DNA from: Dimorphilus gyrociliatus
Lineage: Eukaryota > Animalia > Annelida
Direction of reading: 5' to 3'
Assembly (NCBI GenBank): GCA_904063045.1
Contig: CAJFCJ010000005.1
Span: forward strand, 1,379,988-1,443,987
DNA: 64,000 nucleotides
The notes under the pieces are model-generated. The model did not search any database. It saw only the letters and a list, made by a program, of their open reading frames with translations, and was not told where the DNA came from. Each line of letters opens with the position of its first letter. Position 1 is the first letter of the stretch. Position numbers and translations under genes: made by a program. This document shows positions 12,190 to 24,200 of this stretch, in pieces.

Positions 12190-13702
12190 ATGTCTCTTAA
12201 CAAGTTGTCCATCGACAAATTGAACCTGAAAGGAAAGCGTGTCCTTATACGGTAAATATAATTTGATAACAGATTTGTTTTTATATAACTTTATGCTCTT
12301 TTTAGAGTTGACTTTAATGTCCCTTTGAAAAATGGTAGTATCACCAATAACCAAAGGTAAACACTTAAATTTTAGATGCAATTTGTTTATCCTTATCTAC
12401 TTATAGAATTGTTGCTGCTTTACCAACTATAAAGCATGCTTTAGAAAATGGAGCCAAAAGCGTAGTCCTCATGAGCCATTTAGGAAGACCTAACGGAAGC
12501 AAAAATTTGCAGTTTACTCTGGAGCCAGTTGCTGAAGAATTGAGAAAGTTATTGGAAAGGTAGTTATGGAATGATATATCTGAAAACTGTTAATCAACTT
12601 TGTCAACAGAGACATCTTATTCCTTGAAGACTGTGTTGGGTCTGAAGTAGAGAAGGCCTGTGAGTCACCTGCAGAGGGTACTATTATTTTACTAGAGAAT
12701 CTTAGATTTCATGTCGAAGAAGAGGGAAAGGGTGTAAATGAAAAAGGAGAAAAGATAAAGGCAGATAAAGGCGCTGTTGAAAAATTTCGAGAATCTTTAT
12801 CAAAACTTGGTGACGTCTATGTTAATGATGCCTTTGGAACTGCTCATAGAGCGCATAGTTCTATGGTTGGATGTACTCATAGCGAACGTGCATCCGGATT
12901 TCTTCTTAAAAAAGAATTGGACTACTTCTCCAAAGCATTAGAAAAACCAGAAAGACCTTTCCTAGCGATTTTGGGGGGAGCCAAAGTTAAGGATAAGATT
13001 CAGCTAATCGATAATCTCTTAGATAAAGTTAATTTGATGATAATCGGTGGAGGAATGGCTTTCACTTTTCTCAAAGTATTGGACAACATGGAGATCGGTA
13101 ATTCGCTGTATGACGAAGATGGGGCAAAAATTATTCACCAAATCATGGAAAAAGCAAAAAAGAATAACGTTAAAATTTTCCTACCATCTGATTTTGTAAT
13201 TGGAGATAAGTTTGGAGAAGATGCAAAAGTGAGAAATGTAAAAAAAGGAGAAGGAGTGCCGTCAGGTCATATGGTAAGCTTAAATATCGTCTGAGAAGAA
13301 AATTAAACTGATTCACTTTTCTTGGTTAGGGACTAGATATTGGCCCAGAATCAGCAAAAGAGTTTACAGATGTCATATTACGATCAAAAACAATCGTTTG
13401 GAATGGACCACCAGGGGTTTTTGAATTTGCAAGTTTCGAGAATGGTACAAAAGAATTTATGAATGGTATAGTAAAGGCCACACAAGACGGCGCAACCACC
13501 ATTATTGGAGGAGGTGATACAGCAACTTGCTGTGCCAAGTATGGAACAGAAGCTAAAGTTAGTCACGTTAGCACTGGTGGTGGAGCCAGTTTAGAGTTGT
13601 TGGAAGGTTTGTCTTGCCAAAGTGCCAAATGTACTAATCACATAGCAATTTTCTATTGCAGGTAAAGTACTCCCTGGTGTAGATGCTCTGAGTAGTGCAT
13701 GA
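12190..13702 (+). CDS. PGK1: Phosphoglycerate kinase
   Basis: MSLNKLSID.., [60 protein letters not shown] and [37 protein letters not shown] are all in frame after splicing. Confidence 0.98.
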
Positions 13703-13822
13703 ATTTATGATGAAAAATCGCACAAAATGTATTTTTCTTCAAAAATATGACTATAACTAATAAATCTTTAAATTTAATTCATTAAATGTATTAATAGAAA
13801 ATAGTTTCAATAAACCTTATTC

Positions 13823-15886
13823 CTATTTAGAAATTCCTGTTACCAATTGAATCCAGGGTAGAAATTCTGTTATCCTACTATAAACTGAGGGCTTTCCTTG
13901 ACACGTTCTATCGCCCCATGAAGTTGTGCCGGCAAGAACCCAAGAATCTCCCATTTTGCAAACAAGTGGACCACCTGAATCTCCCTAAACGTCAACGAAT
14001 CTTTATTAGAAATTCTGAGACATAAATATGTTGAAAATGTATGCTGGAAATTATATTCTCAAACTTTTTCATATGCTTTGATATCAGACGCATCAAAGTG
14101 GGATTTTCACTAACTTCAGAGAATATAAAATCTCAGCGTTTTACTAACCCCACAGGCAGATAATGCTGGTGTACCAACACATAATTGTCTTTGGGTTATT
14201 CTTTCCAGACCCCAGCTGGAAATGCAAGATTGGTGACTATGAACGGGAACATTTATCTCATTTAATCTATGCTTCTCTGACGTTCCTGAAATAATTCTGT
14301 TATTGATTTACTAAATAATAGCACAGCATTACCCTTCGTTGCTCCAAATCCTGTCGCCCAACAATCTTCACCAACAAAATCATCCAGTTTATAATTAAAT
14401 GGCAAACAAGCACTATTTACCTTTTCATTGATTTTAACAGGCTCAGCGAAACGTAATAAGGTCACATCGTTATCATTGTATGGATTACCTGCTCCAGGAT
14501 TTCCATATCCGGGATGCTTTAAAGGTAATATTGTTTTAGCTTAAAAATTTCTAAAATTTTTACAAAGCTACCCGAACAATCTGGGATAAACTCATAACTT
14601 GCTCTGTCCCTTGAGTAGCTAGTAAGTTCATCTCTCCGAATCTAATTTTAACTAAATTAATATCCCAGCTAGGAAAGTAAAAAAACTAGTTTTTTGGTTT
14701 TTCAGAATAGTTAAAACAAACGGTTGAAGGCAATGAGCCGCTGTTATTGCCCAATAAGGACTTAAAAGAACTGCACCACACCCGCCTATTGTTTGTCCAT
14801 ACTGAAGAACACCTTGCCATGGCCATCTACCTATAGGTGCTGGTTTTCCACCAACAATGCGGGGTATAGAAAAATCTTTATTAACTTCCGTAAACATGTT
14901 TCTCTTTCCGCATTTGGCTGTAATAGAGTCTTTATTCTAAGTATTTTAAAATTTGTCACTTACAATCCACCGGTGAGATAGCTTCAAGTGGAATGGGATA
15001 AATATTACATTCATTTTGATTTAATATGAAAACATTCATTTGACCACAAACAGCTACATGATTCCCCATCGAATGTGGCTTCCAAAAGTTTCCATGAGAT
15101 GAAGCACACTTCTGATATTGATTTATATCTGATTCCCAGTTTCTATCAGGTGTTATGTACGCCTGAAAATATTATATTTGTTGTATACTTGATGATAATA
15201 TTTAAAAATTGAATTTCATACCTTTAGATCAAACCATCCATTGCTTGTTAAACTACAGTCAATTTCCAAGTCAACGAACCAATAATGTGAAGAAAATCGA
15301 TTAAATGTTGAATATCCACTTCCATCAATTTCAATGACTCGAGGATAGTCTTGTCTAAAAGAGGCTTAAATTGAAGTTATACTGTATGTTGCAAGGTAAA
15401 AAACTTAAAAGTACGCTAATACTACAAGGCACATTAATAAAAAAAACTCTGAAAACTTCAATAAACTCGATGAGAAAATGTTTTATTTACTGATTTGTTG
15501 TCCACATCATTGGTGTTCCACCAGCCTCTTGACCTTGAAAAAGACCCTGGCCTTCTTCAGATCCATCCCAGTCAAGATATAAATCACCTTCAGACCATTT
15601 ACTATAAGATGATTCGGTATTTGCTGGTCGAATATTGTGTCTGATTGGAATTTTACATTGTTTTTTATTTTCAAGACAACTTGAGTCTGTCAGTCCTGTA
15701 CAAATTTTTCAAAACTAAAATCTCGTAAGAGAATGTTTCGTGTAAAATACCTCCTCTAATAAACACATTCTCTCCCGGTAGCGTTTGGGCTCTGATGAAA
15801 ATTAGAGTTCTCTCAGCTTTTCCAAATCCAAAAATAATTAGAATTAAAAGAAGTTTAAGCATAATCAGAACGTACGTATTGCGCAT
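13823..15886 (-). CDS. Secreted chymotrypsin/elastase-like S1 serine protease with an N-terminal alpha-amylase C-terminal-type domain
   Basis: Signal peptide [24 protein letters not shown], then a ~190 aa Trp/Cys-rich module and a KCG linker. The activation site R|IVGG starts at 14858. The catalytic triad motifs TAAHC, DNDVTLL and GDSGGP are intact, and S1 residue 189 is Ser (LSACG). Confidence 0.9.
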
Positions 15887-16157
15887 TCTAAATTAATAAT
15901 AACATTTGACAATGTTCTCATACTCATATCTAGTTGATCAACAACTGTATATACTGATAATGGATTTTTTTATCGCTATATTATAACTCAAGCAATCACA
16001 CAGAATAAAAACTTTCATGTCAAACATAAGTTTATTAGGACAGTTTTAATGCTGATTTTACTCTTAGAGGAAGAACGTGGTATTTGACGATTAAAGCTAT
16101 ATTTTTCATTCAGTGACATATTAATATATTTAATATTTTAATTTCTAAAATGGATAT

Positions 16158-17024
16158 TCAGAAATTCTTGCTAATGAAAGTATTTGTATATTCATACGCT
16201 AGAAATAAAGCTCCAGTAGCAGGAAAAGTACGTAATAGTGTTGGTAATAACCCTTTATATAAAGATCGAAATCCTTCTGTTTTAGCTATCTCTATTCCAG
16301 TTGATAAGAAACCTCTGTTTAAACTGGTATCCACCTGTACTCTAGACTTTATAACATCAGTAGGAAAAACTGCTATCCAAAGAGAAACTCCTCCTATTCC
16401 CCCACAAACAATTGAGCAAAGAGCATTACTTTTATTAGGATCACAATTGAAGAAATATTTCGAAAATTCGTACCCTCCAAAGAAGAAAAAGTAGCCAGGA
16501 ACCTCTCTAGCCAAAGTAGGGATCATACCTCTGAACAGACCAGAAATTCCATCAACTTTGAGAATACTTTTTGTTACTTCATACGGTCCTAAGTTTGACT
16601 GGGTGGCCTGTAATCTGCACTTTACCAGTTCAGTTGGGCAGAGAGCAATGCTTGACACAACGCCAGCTCCTGCTCCGCAAAAAGCATTACTAAGCACTCC
16701 TAGATCACTTTCCTTTTTACAACTTGTTAAGGCTACAGCAACTTTACGCAAAACACCATATGCTGCAAATAGTGCTGCATTTTCAGCTACCTGTGCAAGG
16801 AGAGCTGGTATTGAACCAGCATATAATCCTCTATAAATTCCTTCTTCTCTGAATGTTTTAAAGAAACAATCTACAGCATTCTTATAGATGTCGGGACGAG
16901 TTTGCAGTTTAACCTTGACGGTATCTAATGGTTGTCCAACATACACGCATGCAGTACCTCCTGCAACACCCCCAAGTGTATTTGCAAAAAGTTCTTTAAC
17001 CGAATCATTCATCTTGAAGTACAT
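16158..17024 (-). CDS. SLC25A15: Mitochondrial ornithine transporter (SLC25 carrier), single coding exon
   Basis: Three carrier repeats with PxDxxKxxxQ signatures (QPLDTVKVKLQT, CPTELVKCRLQ, FPTDVIKSRVQ) and ORNT1-like GGVAGGTACV and REVPGYFFFFGGYE. Confidence 0.88.
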   Translation of the reverse strand: MYFKMNDSVKELFANTLGGVAGGTACVYVGQPLDTVKVKLQTRPDIYKNAVDCFFKTFREEGIYRGLYAGSIPALLAQVAENAALFAAYGVLRKVAVALTSCKKESDLGVLSNAFCGAGAGVVSSIALCPTELVKCRLQATQSNLGPYEVTKSILKVDGISGLFRGMIPTLAREVPGYFFFFGGYEFSKYFFNCDPNKSNALCSIVCGGIGGVSLWIAVFPTDVIKSRVQVDTSLNRGFLSTGIEIAKTEGFRSLYKGLLPTLLRTFPATGALFLAYEYTNTFISKNF

Positions 17025-18258
17025 GTAAACTTTGACCCTTCAAAGTTCGGAGATACTATGAATATTCGTTTTAATCACGTCTCTGTGTGAAAATAAATGT
17101 GTCCTACCAACGCTGCAAATTAAATTCTTTAACACTTAGAGTTAATTGTAACTATGTAGCCTATTATTCCAGCCTGAACGAAATGTTTATTTTACTGTTA
17201 ACGTACGAAGATAAAATTTTATTCTCAAATTGCAAGTGAAATTAAAATATTTAAAAATAAATAATTAAAATGAAGAATTTTTATTTTTATGGAGAACGCT
17301 TTAGCAATTGCAATTTGTATACTGCATATAAATGAATGTAATGTCTTTGAAAGTTATCAATTGGCATTAACTAGACCATCACGTATACTATTACAATCCA
17401 TTGTGACAATCAAGTGGTTAATTTTCCTACTGCTTACTCTGGTTTTTCGATATGTCTGACAAAGTTTCAAATAATTGTATATGCTTAAAATATGTGCGGG
17501 TAAGTGCTATAAAAGAAGATCAAAGTCGAAAACTTCTAGAAATTTCCTTATTTCTTGCTACTGAGCAATAAAATTGAAGGTTGAAAATTCTACAGATAGT
17601 AAGAGTCCAGATGCATTTATGGAGAGTTCTACCGTAAATCAGCAATATTAGAGTCCCATGAAATAATCGAATTTACAAAGATTAAATATAAATCACAAAA
17701 AAACTAAGCTAAAAAATACTTCGTAAAACTTTTTCCAAGTGGCTGGACTTTTGCCAGGTTCCAGTCACCACCTTGTGGAAGGATCTCGTTACCAGTCAAT
17801 GCTGTGGACATCGTTTAAATGACGCGCGCGTCGTTGTCAGAACACTTTTCGGTTGCAAGAGCTGAATCTTCGCTGGAAATCAAACTCAACCTGTTTAATT
17901 GAATCATGTCCTAATAAAGGTTACTAATTGTATTGAGGTTGGTAGAACATCAGTTCAAGCAGCGATCGCGGGCAGCATTCTTGATCTATAATAGAAGGCT
18001 ATACCACCAATCGCTAATCTCGATGGCCTTTGAGCGATAATTACAGATTCAATTTCGCGCGTCGGCACTCAAAGCCGATTGATGTTTTAGAGATCAACTG
18101 GTTTAATCCAGTAACTCTTATTTGGTTTTTAGTACTTATTGATAATATGTGTTTATATAGTGAATGTTTCCGTAGATAAAATATCAATGCTATAGATTTT
18201 ACATTCTTTTTCAGATCGTGAAAGTTTCCTTCGAAATAGCCTATGAGTAGGCTGAAGT

Positions 18259-21200
18259 ATGGCGGAAAAATTCCGCACAGGTATTATAAAAAAATTTCCC
18301 ATTTTTTAATATACCAGCTTGAGTCATAGCACTCTTATCCTACTTTATATTATTTGCGCATTAGCAAACTTGCATTTGTTGAAATTCCAGTATTATGTTA
18401 GGTTCACAATCTTAAGGCCATGTGCTGCTATTGAAACCACTATTCTGTACATTTATATCAATATCTGTAGGCTAAAAAAATCAGTAGCTCAATAAAAATT
18501 AGATCATATTTTTAGTATTTGAGGGCGGGTGTAGAGAGGAAAAATCTATGATAACTTATGTCCTTACTTCACAAACTATAAGCAATTAAATAATTCATAA
18601 ATAAATGATAGTAGGTATGACTAATAAAAAACTCGTCTGCTCTTTCATTTACAGAAGGTTTTCCTGTGCAATTGAAAAGAAGTTCTTCTGTATTCATGGA
18701 TTCGTCTTTCACTGAAGAACCTTTGAATAAACGTCCACGCTATGCTGTATCTTCTCTTTACCATGCCGTAAATAATATTAGGAATGCCGCTCCCAAATCT
18801 TATCCAGAAAATGTTACACAATCGTTGAATATTTCTGAAGAAGCTCGTTGTGTCACTTTCAACGAAGGACTTGAACAGTTTAATAACCGAAAACAAAAGT
18901 TACTCACACTGAAAGATAAAAACATTCTGAAAAAATGTTATCATGAAGATCTTGCCGAATTGTTTTTTCTTCAAAATTTAGGGCACCTGATCACTGAATT
19001 TCCTACATGGAGGAAAAAAACTGATATACAATTAAGTCAATTTTATCAAGCTAATCCTCTAGATAGATCCAATAGAAATGGTCATTCTGAATCAGATGCT
19101 TTAGCTGAAAAAGAACTTTTACGTCCTTTTCATTTCCCTGTTGAAAAAGCCTCCTCTGGTCCACCCACACCAACAAGAAAGAGCGCTACTGATCCTCCAA
19201 AATCTGATGATGAAACGAATGAACCAAGCGCTGTTAATGAAATTGCTGAACAAGCTCGAAAGGAGGCCGAAGTGATCAAGAAAGTTCATAATTTGCGAAA
19301 ACAAGGTCTTTGGAGTAAGAGCCGTCTTCCCAAATGCATGGAACCCAAGCGAACCAAAACTCATTGGGATTATTTGTTAGAAGAAATGCAATGGATGGCC
19401 GCCGACTTCCATTCCGAAGCAAAGCTGAAAATACAGCATGCTAAGAGGCAAGCTCGAGCTGTACAGGCATATTGGGCTAGCTTTAGAGACAACGAGAAGA
19501 GAAATGAGAAAAAGAAAGAGATTCAAATAAAGCGTTTAGCTAACGGTGTAGCTAAAATGATAAAAAATTTCTGGCAGGTAATGGAAAAATTTGCGGATAT
19601 GAAGCAGCGAAATCGTCTTGAGGAAACTCGAATTAAAGCTTTAAACGTTCATCTAAATCACATCATCGATAAAACTCAAACATATTCTTCTATGTTGACG
19701 TGTTCGGTTGGTTCTGGTAGTGTAGATGATCCTGACAAAAATGATACAGAGTACAATCCTGAAGAAGATGATTCTGAAGATGATATTACTACATTAGCAC
19801 AAGAAGAAGAAAAATTAAATAAAACTGAAGTCAATCAAGAACTTAAAGCTTTAACTGCTGAGAGTGATATGCCCTTAGATCAATTAATATCAAAACTCCC
19901 AAAGTCATATTTTGCTAAACGCCGAAGGCTATCTAGTTTCTCAGAAGAAAGTGATGTTGAAATGCTTACTCCTGACGAAGACGAAGAAGCGTCAAATAAG
20001 CAAATGGAGCAACAAACCAAAGCTAAGCTGACTGTAGATTACGCAGAGACAAGTGACGAATTTTCCGTTGCTGAGACACTTATACCTAAAGGAGAAATTG
20101 AAGGGCGGTGTTTAACTAGAGTTCCAACTTTACTGAAAGGGCAACTGCGAGAGTATCAGCATGTGGGCTTAGATTGGCTAGCTTCTCTTCATCGAAGTAA
20201 CTTGAATGGTATTTTAGCTGATGAAATGGGTCTAGGGAAAACAATTCAGACTATTGCTCTGTTAGCTCATTTGGCAGAAGCTTATGGGGATTGGGGTCCC
20301 CATCTTATTGTAGTCCCAACTAGTGTTATCATAAACTGGGAGTTTGAATTAAAAAAGTGGTGTCCTGCTTTTAAAGTAGTCTCATACTACGGCTCAATAA
20401 AAGACCGTAGATCCAAACGAAGTGGATGGACAAAAGACAACGCATTTCATGTTTTGATAACATCGTATAAATTGGTTGTACAAGATCATTCCTCATTTCG
20501 TCGTATGAAATGGAAATATTTTATTCTAGATGAAGCTCAGAATATTAAAAATTTCAAATCTCAAAGATGGCAAATGCTTCTTAACTTGAAATCTAAAAAT
20601 AGGTTGTTATTGACTGGTACACCAATTCAAAACAGCTTAATGGAGTTGTGGTCTTTATTACACTTTTTAATGCCACATATTTTCGATTCGCATAACGATT
20701 TCCGAGAATGGTTTTCTGCCCCTTTAACAAGCATGGTAGAAGGATCTAGAAAATTTAGTGACAGTCTTGTTACTCGTCTTCACAAAGTTCTACGTCCGTT
20801 TTTACTGAGGCGATTGAAAAAAGATGTCGAGAAACAAATGCCCATGAAACACGAGCATGTTATCCTTGTCGACCTATCAAGACGACAAAGATTTCTCTAT
20901 GATGAATTTATGTCATTATCAGATACAAAACGTCAAATTGACTCTGGTAGCTTCATGAGTATTATGAACATACTAATGCAATTACGAAAAGTATGTAACC
21001 ATCCCCAACTTTTTGATCCAAGGCCTGTACTAAGTCCGTTTAAAATGAAATGCTTATCCATTCGGATTCCGTCGTTCTTTGTCTTAAATATGGAAAGAAA
21101 ATTCCTGGAATTTCCTTTATTGTCTACAAATACTAAAATAGATGGGCTAGTTGATGAAAATGGCATTGTTGGGGGTGAAATGTTTTCTGATAAAGTGATT

Positions 21201-24200
21201 CCTATGGGAGATGACAGACGATTGGAAATTGAAACAAGAGATGGAAGAGGTACCTTCTACACTACACCAGATGTTTTGATACGAGCAGCAATACATAGAA
21301 TTACGAGAGGAGATATGTCCTTATCAGATACATTAGACTCAGATTTAATGACAAAACTATGGTTGGAATATTACAATAGTGGAAGGCCAACTAATATTGT
21401 ATCTTTTAGACATGGAAATTTTCTCTATGCTCAAAGGTTTGTAGCAAAGAGACTAAAAATTAAAAAACAAATCAATAAGGAAAGCGACACTTTGAAAAAA
21501 ATTCTGAGAGTAGTTGACGATTACCATGTATCAGAAGTTCGTCATTTAGAGGAACTCATCATGTATCTTCCTGAGTGTTTGGTTCCACCTCCAGAACTGC
21601 AAATAAATAGCTCAAGAAGCAATTTATTCATTAATACGCCGGCTCCCACAGAAGTGAAAGAAGAATTTGGACACTGGCATTTGGTTTGGAGGAATTTTCA
21701 ATTACAATTTCCAGAAACCCGTTGGGTTCAATACGATTCGGGGAAATTGCAAGTTTTAGCAATGTTGTTGAAAAGACTGAAAAGCGAGGGGCATCGTACA
21801 CTTATATTCACTCAAATGACAAAGATGTTAGATGTATTAGAAATGTTTTTAAGCTACCATGGTTACACTTATTTGCGATTGGATGGAACTACTAAGGTGG
21901 ATATGAGACATAGCCTAATGGAAAGATTTAACCAAGACACTAGAATATTTTGCTTTATTCTGAGCACAAGATCTGGCGGTATAGGAGTAAATTTAACAGG
22001 CGCTGATACTGTTATATTTTACGATTCTGATTGGAATCCAACAATGGACGCTCAGGCTCAAGATAGATGCCATAGAATAGGTCAAACTAAGGATGTACAT
22101 ATCTATAGACTGATTTGTAAACATACCGTTGAAGAAAATATATTGAAAAAAGCTAATCAGAAAAGGTGAAACTTCAAATTGCAAATTATAGTTAGAAATT
22201 GTAAACATTATTTTTCAGATTATTAAGCCATGTTGCAATAGAAGGCGGAAATTTTACGACAGCTTCATTTAAACAAAGTACAGTCAGAGAAATTTTCAAC
22301 ATACCAACTGGGTTCTCCAATGATCTTAGTCTGGAAGCTCAAACAGAGTTTTTGTCAGAGTCCAACAAAACAACGCAATTATCAATGAATCAGATGGAAG
22401 AGGCGTTAACTATGGTTGAAGATGAGTCTGACGTAAAGGCTGCCAAATCGTTAAGAGTTGAAGTAGATAATGAAGGCAACGAATTCCAGGATGAAAACGA
22501 TGAAGGAGAAGCTAAAGAGGCTGCAGATGCCATTTCGGCTGAACTAAATAAAATGAAAGAACAAACAAGTGAATTAGAAAAAGACTGTACGCCAATTGAA
22601 CGTTGGTGTGTAAAGTTGATTGAAAATAAGTACAAAGATGTTTATGAAGAGGAATTGAAAACAGCTAAAGTTTGTTATATTTTCATATTGCTTGCTGAAT
22701 TAATGCTTAAAGGTCAGTAATCTTAATACTTTCTTAAAACGCTACTTTTAGGAGGAAGTAGAGTTGGCTCAAAAGGAACTAGAGCAAAGCCAAGAGGACG
22801 CGATGATAACTGCCTTAGCAAAACAACTAGAGAAAGAGCAAGAAGAAATTGAAAATCATTTCCATACTGAGGATCAGGTACCTGCATATATACAGAGAGC
22901 ATTAATGTTACCAGGCCGAGCGGGTTTTTGCCGCAAATCCAGACAATTATATAAAAGTTTAGGTGATTTCGACAATAGCGAAGATAATATGCTAAAATTA
23001 TTCAAAAAGCACAATAAGTATCCGCTTTATGTGGCATGCTGGACGGCGGAGGCTGAACGTTCAGATAATATAGGGGAAGAGGCTAAAAAACGATTGGAAG
23101 AAATCGGTGAACGAATTCCCATTCCTCAACCAGTAATACCAAAGGTTCCAAAAACGAAGAAGAAAGAGGAAATTCTTTCTAGTAAACAGCGTCGAGGAAG
23201 AGGTCGTCCTAGAAAGTTAGAAACGACAACCAAACATGAATTAAACGACTCTCATTTACACACATCCAATATTTCCATTCCCTCTGACCAAGATAACGAC
23301 ACTGATGATGTAACTGTAGTTGACGAAGAAGAAGATAATAATAACACAGCAAAAACTGCGAAGAATAAAATTAATACAATAATAATTCCTACTACAGTGC
23401 ACACTATGCCTAAAGTTCCAACCGTAGTACTCTCAGTTGCACCAGCTATAAAACCTAATGTGATAGTGGTTAAAAGTGATAACAGTCGGATAAGACAATT
23501 GCATTCAACAGCCACTATCACCCCTTTACCTTTAAGACTTACCGAGCAAAGGAAGCCAGCAGTTACAATTATTAAACCACAACAGATTAGGCAACAAATA
23601 CAACAACGTCCTATTTATGTTTCTATTCCTGTTAGGAATGTAGTTCCACCGCAACAACCAAAACAGCAAACAGTTTATCTTGTTTCCAGGCCTCAGCAGC
23701 AACCAAAACAAACGCCTGTTGCTAGAGTTGTTACTCTTAGTTCTACTTCGGTCTTACGACCAGTCTTAACAGCAAGAGGTGTACAAGCAGTAAGACAGCC
23801 TCAAGCTACGGTAACAGTTAGTCCATTACCAAGAAAAATAGTTCAACCATCTGACAAGCTGATTTTACCGACTGCTAAACTACGTATGCCAATTTTGTCT
23901 GTTCAATCAGCCACCAGCACAACGGTAATATCCTGTCAAACGAAGTCTGTAATTGACAATGACAAAGACGACGCCGAAGATCGACGAAGATCGGGTAGAT
24001 CCCATAAGCCAACGGCTAGGCTGCTACAATCAGCCTTCTCGACGAAGCTGTTAAAGAATTCTGATGCTCCGTCAAATTAACTGATTTAGGCGATATTATT
24101 TTTGATTTCCTGCCTGCCCGGATAAACGACTTTAATGTATATAACAGTTTGTTTTTCTCGTGCTGCAAATCCCTTATGTTCCTGTTTATTGGTCGTAAAT

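Noticed and set aside
16150-16836. Plus-strand ORFs of 114 aa and 92 aa
   Set aside because: Antisense shadows of the SLC25A15 coding exon with no recognisable motifs.
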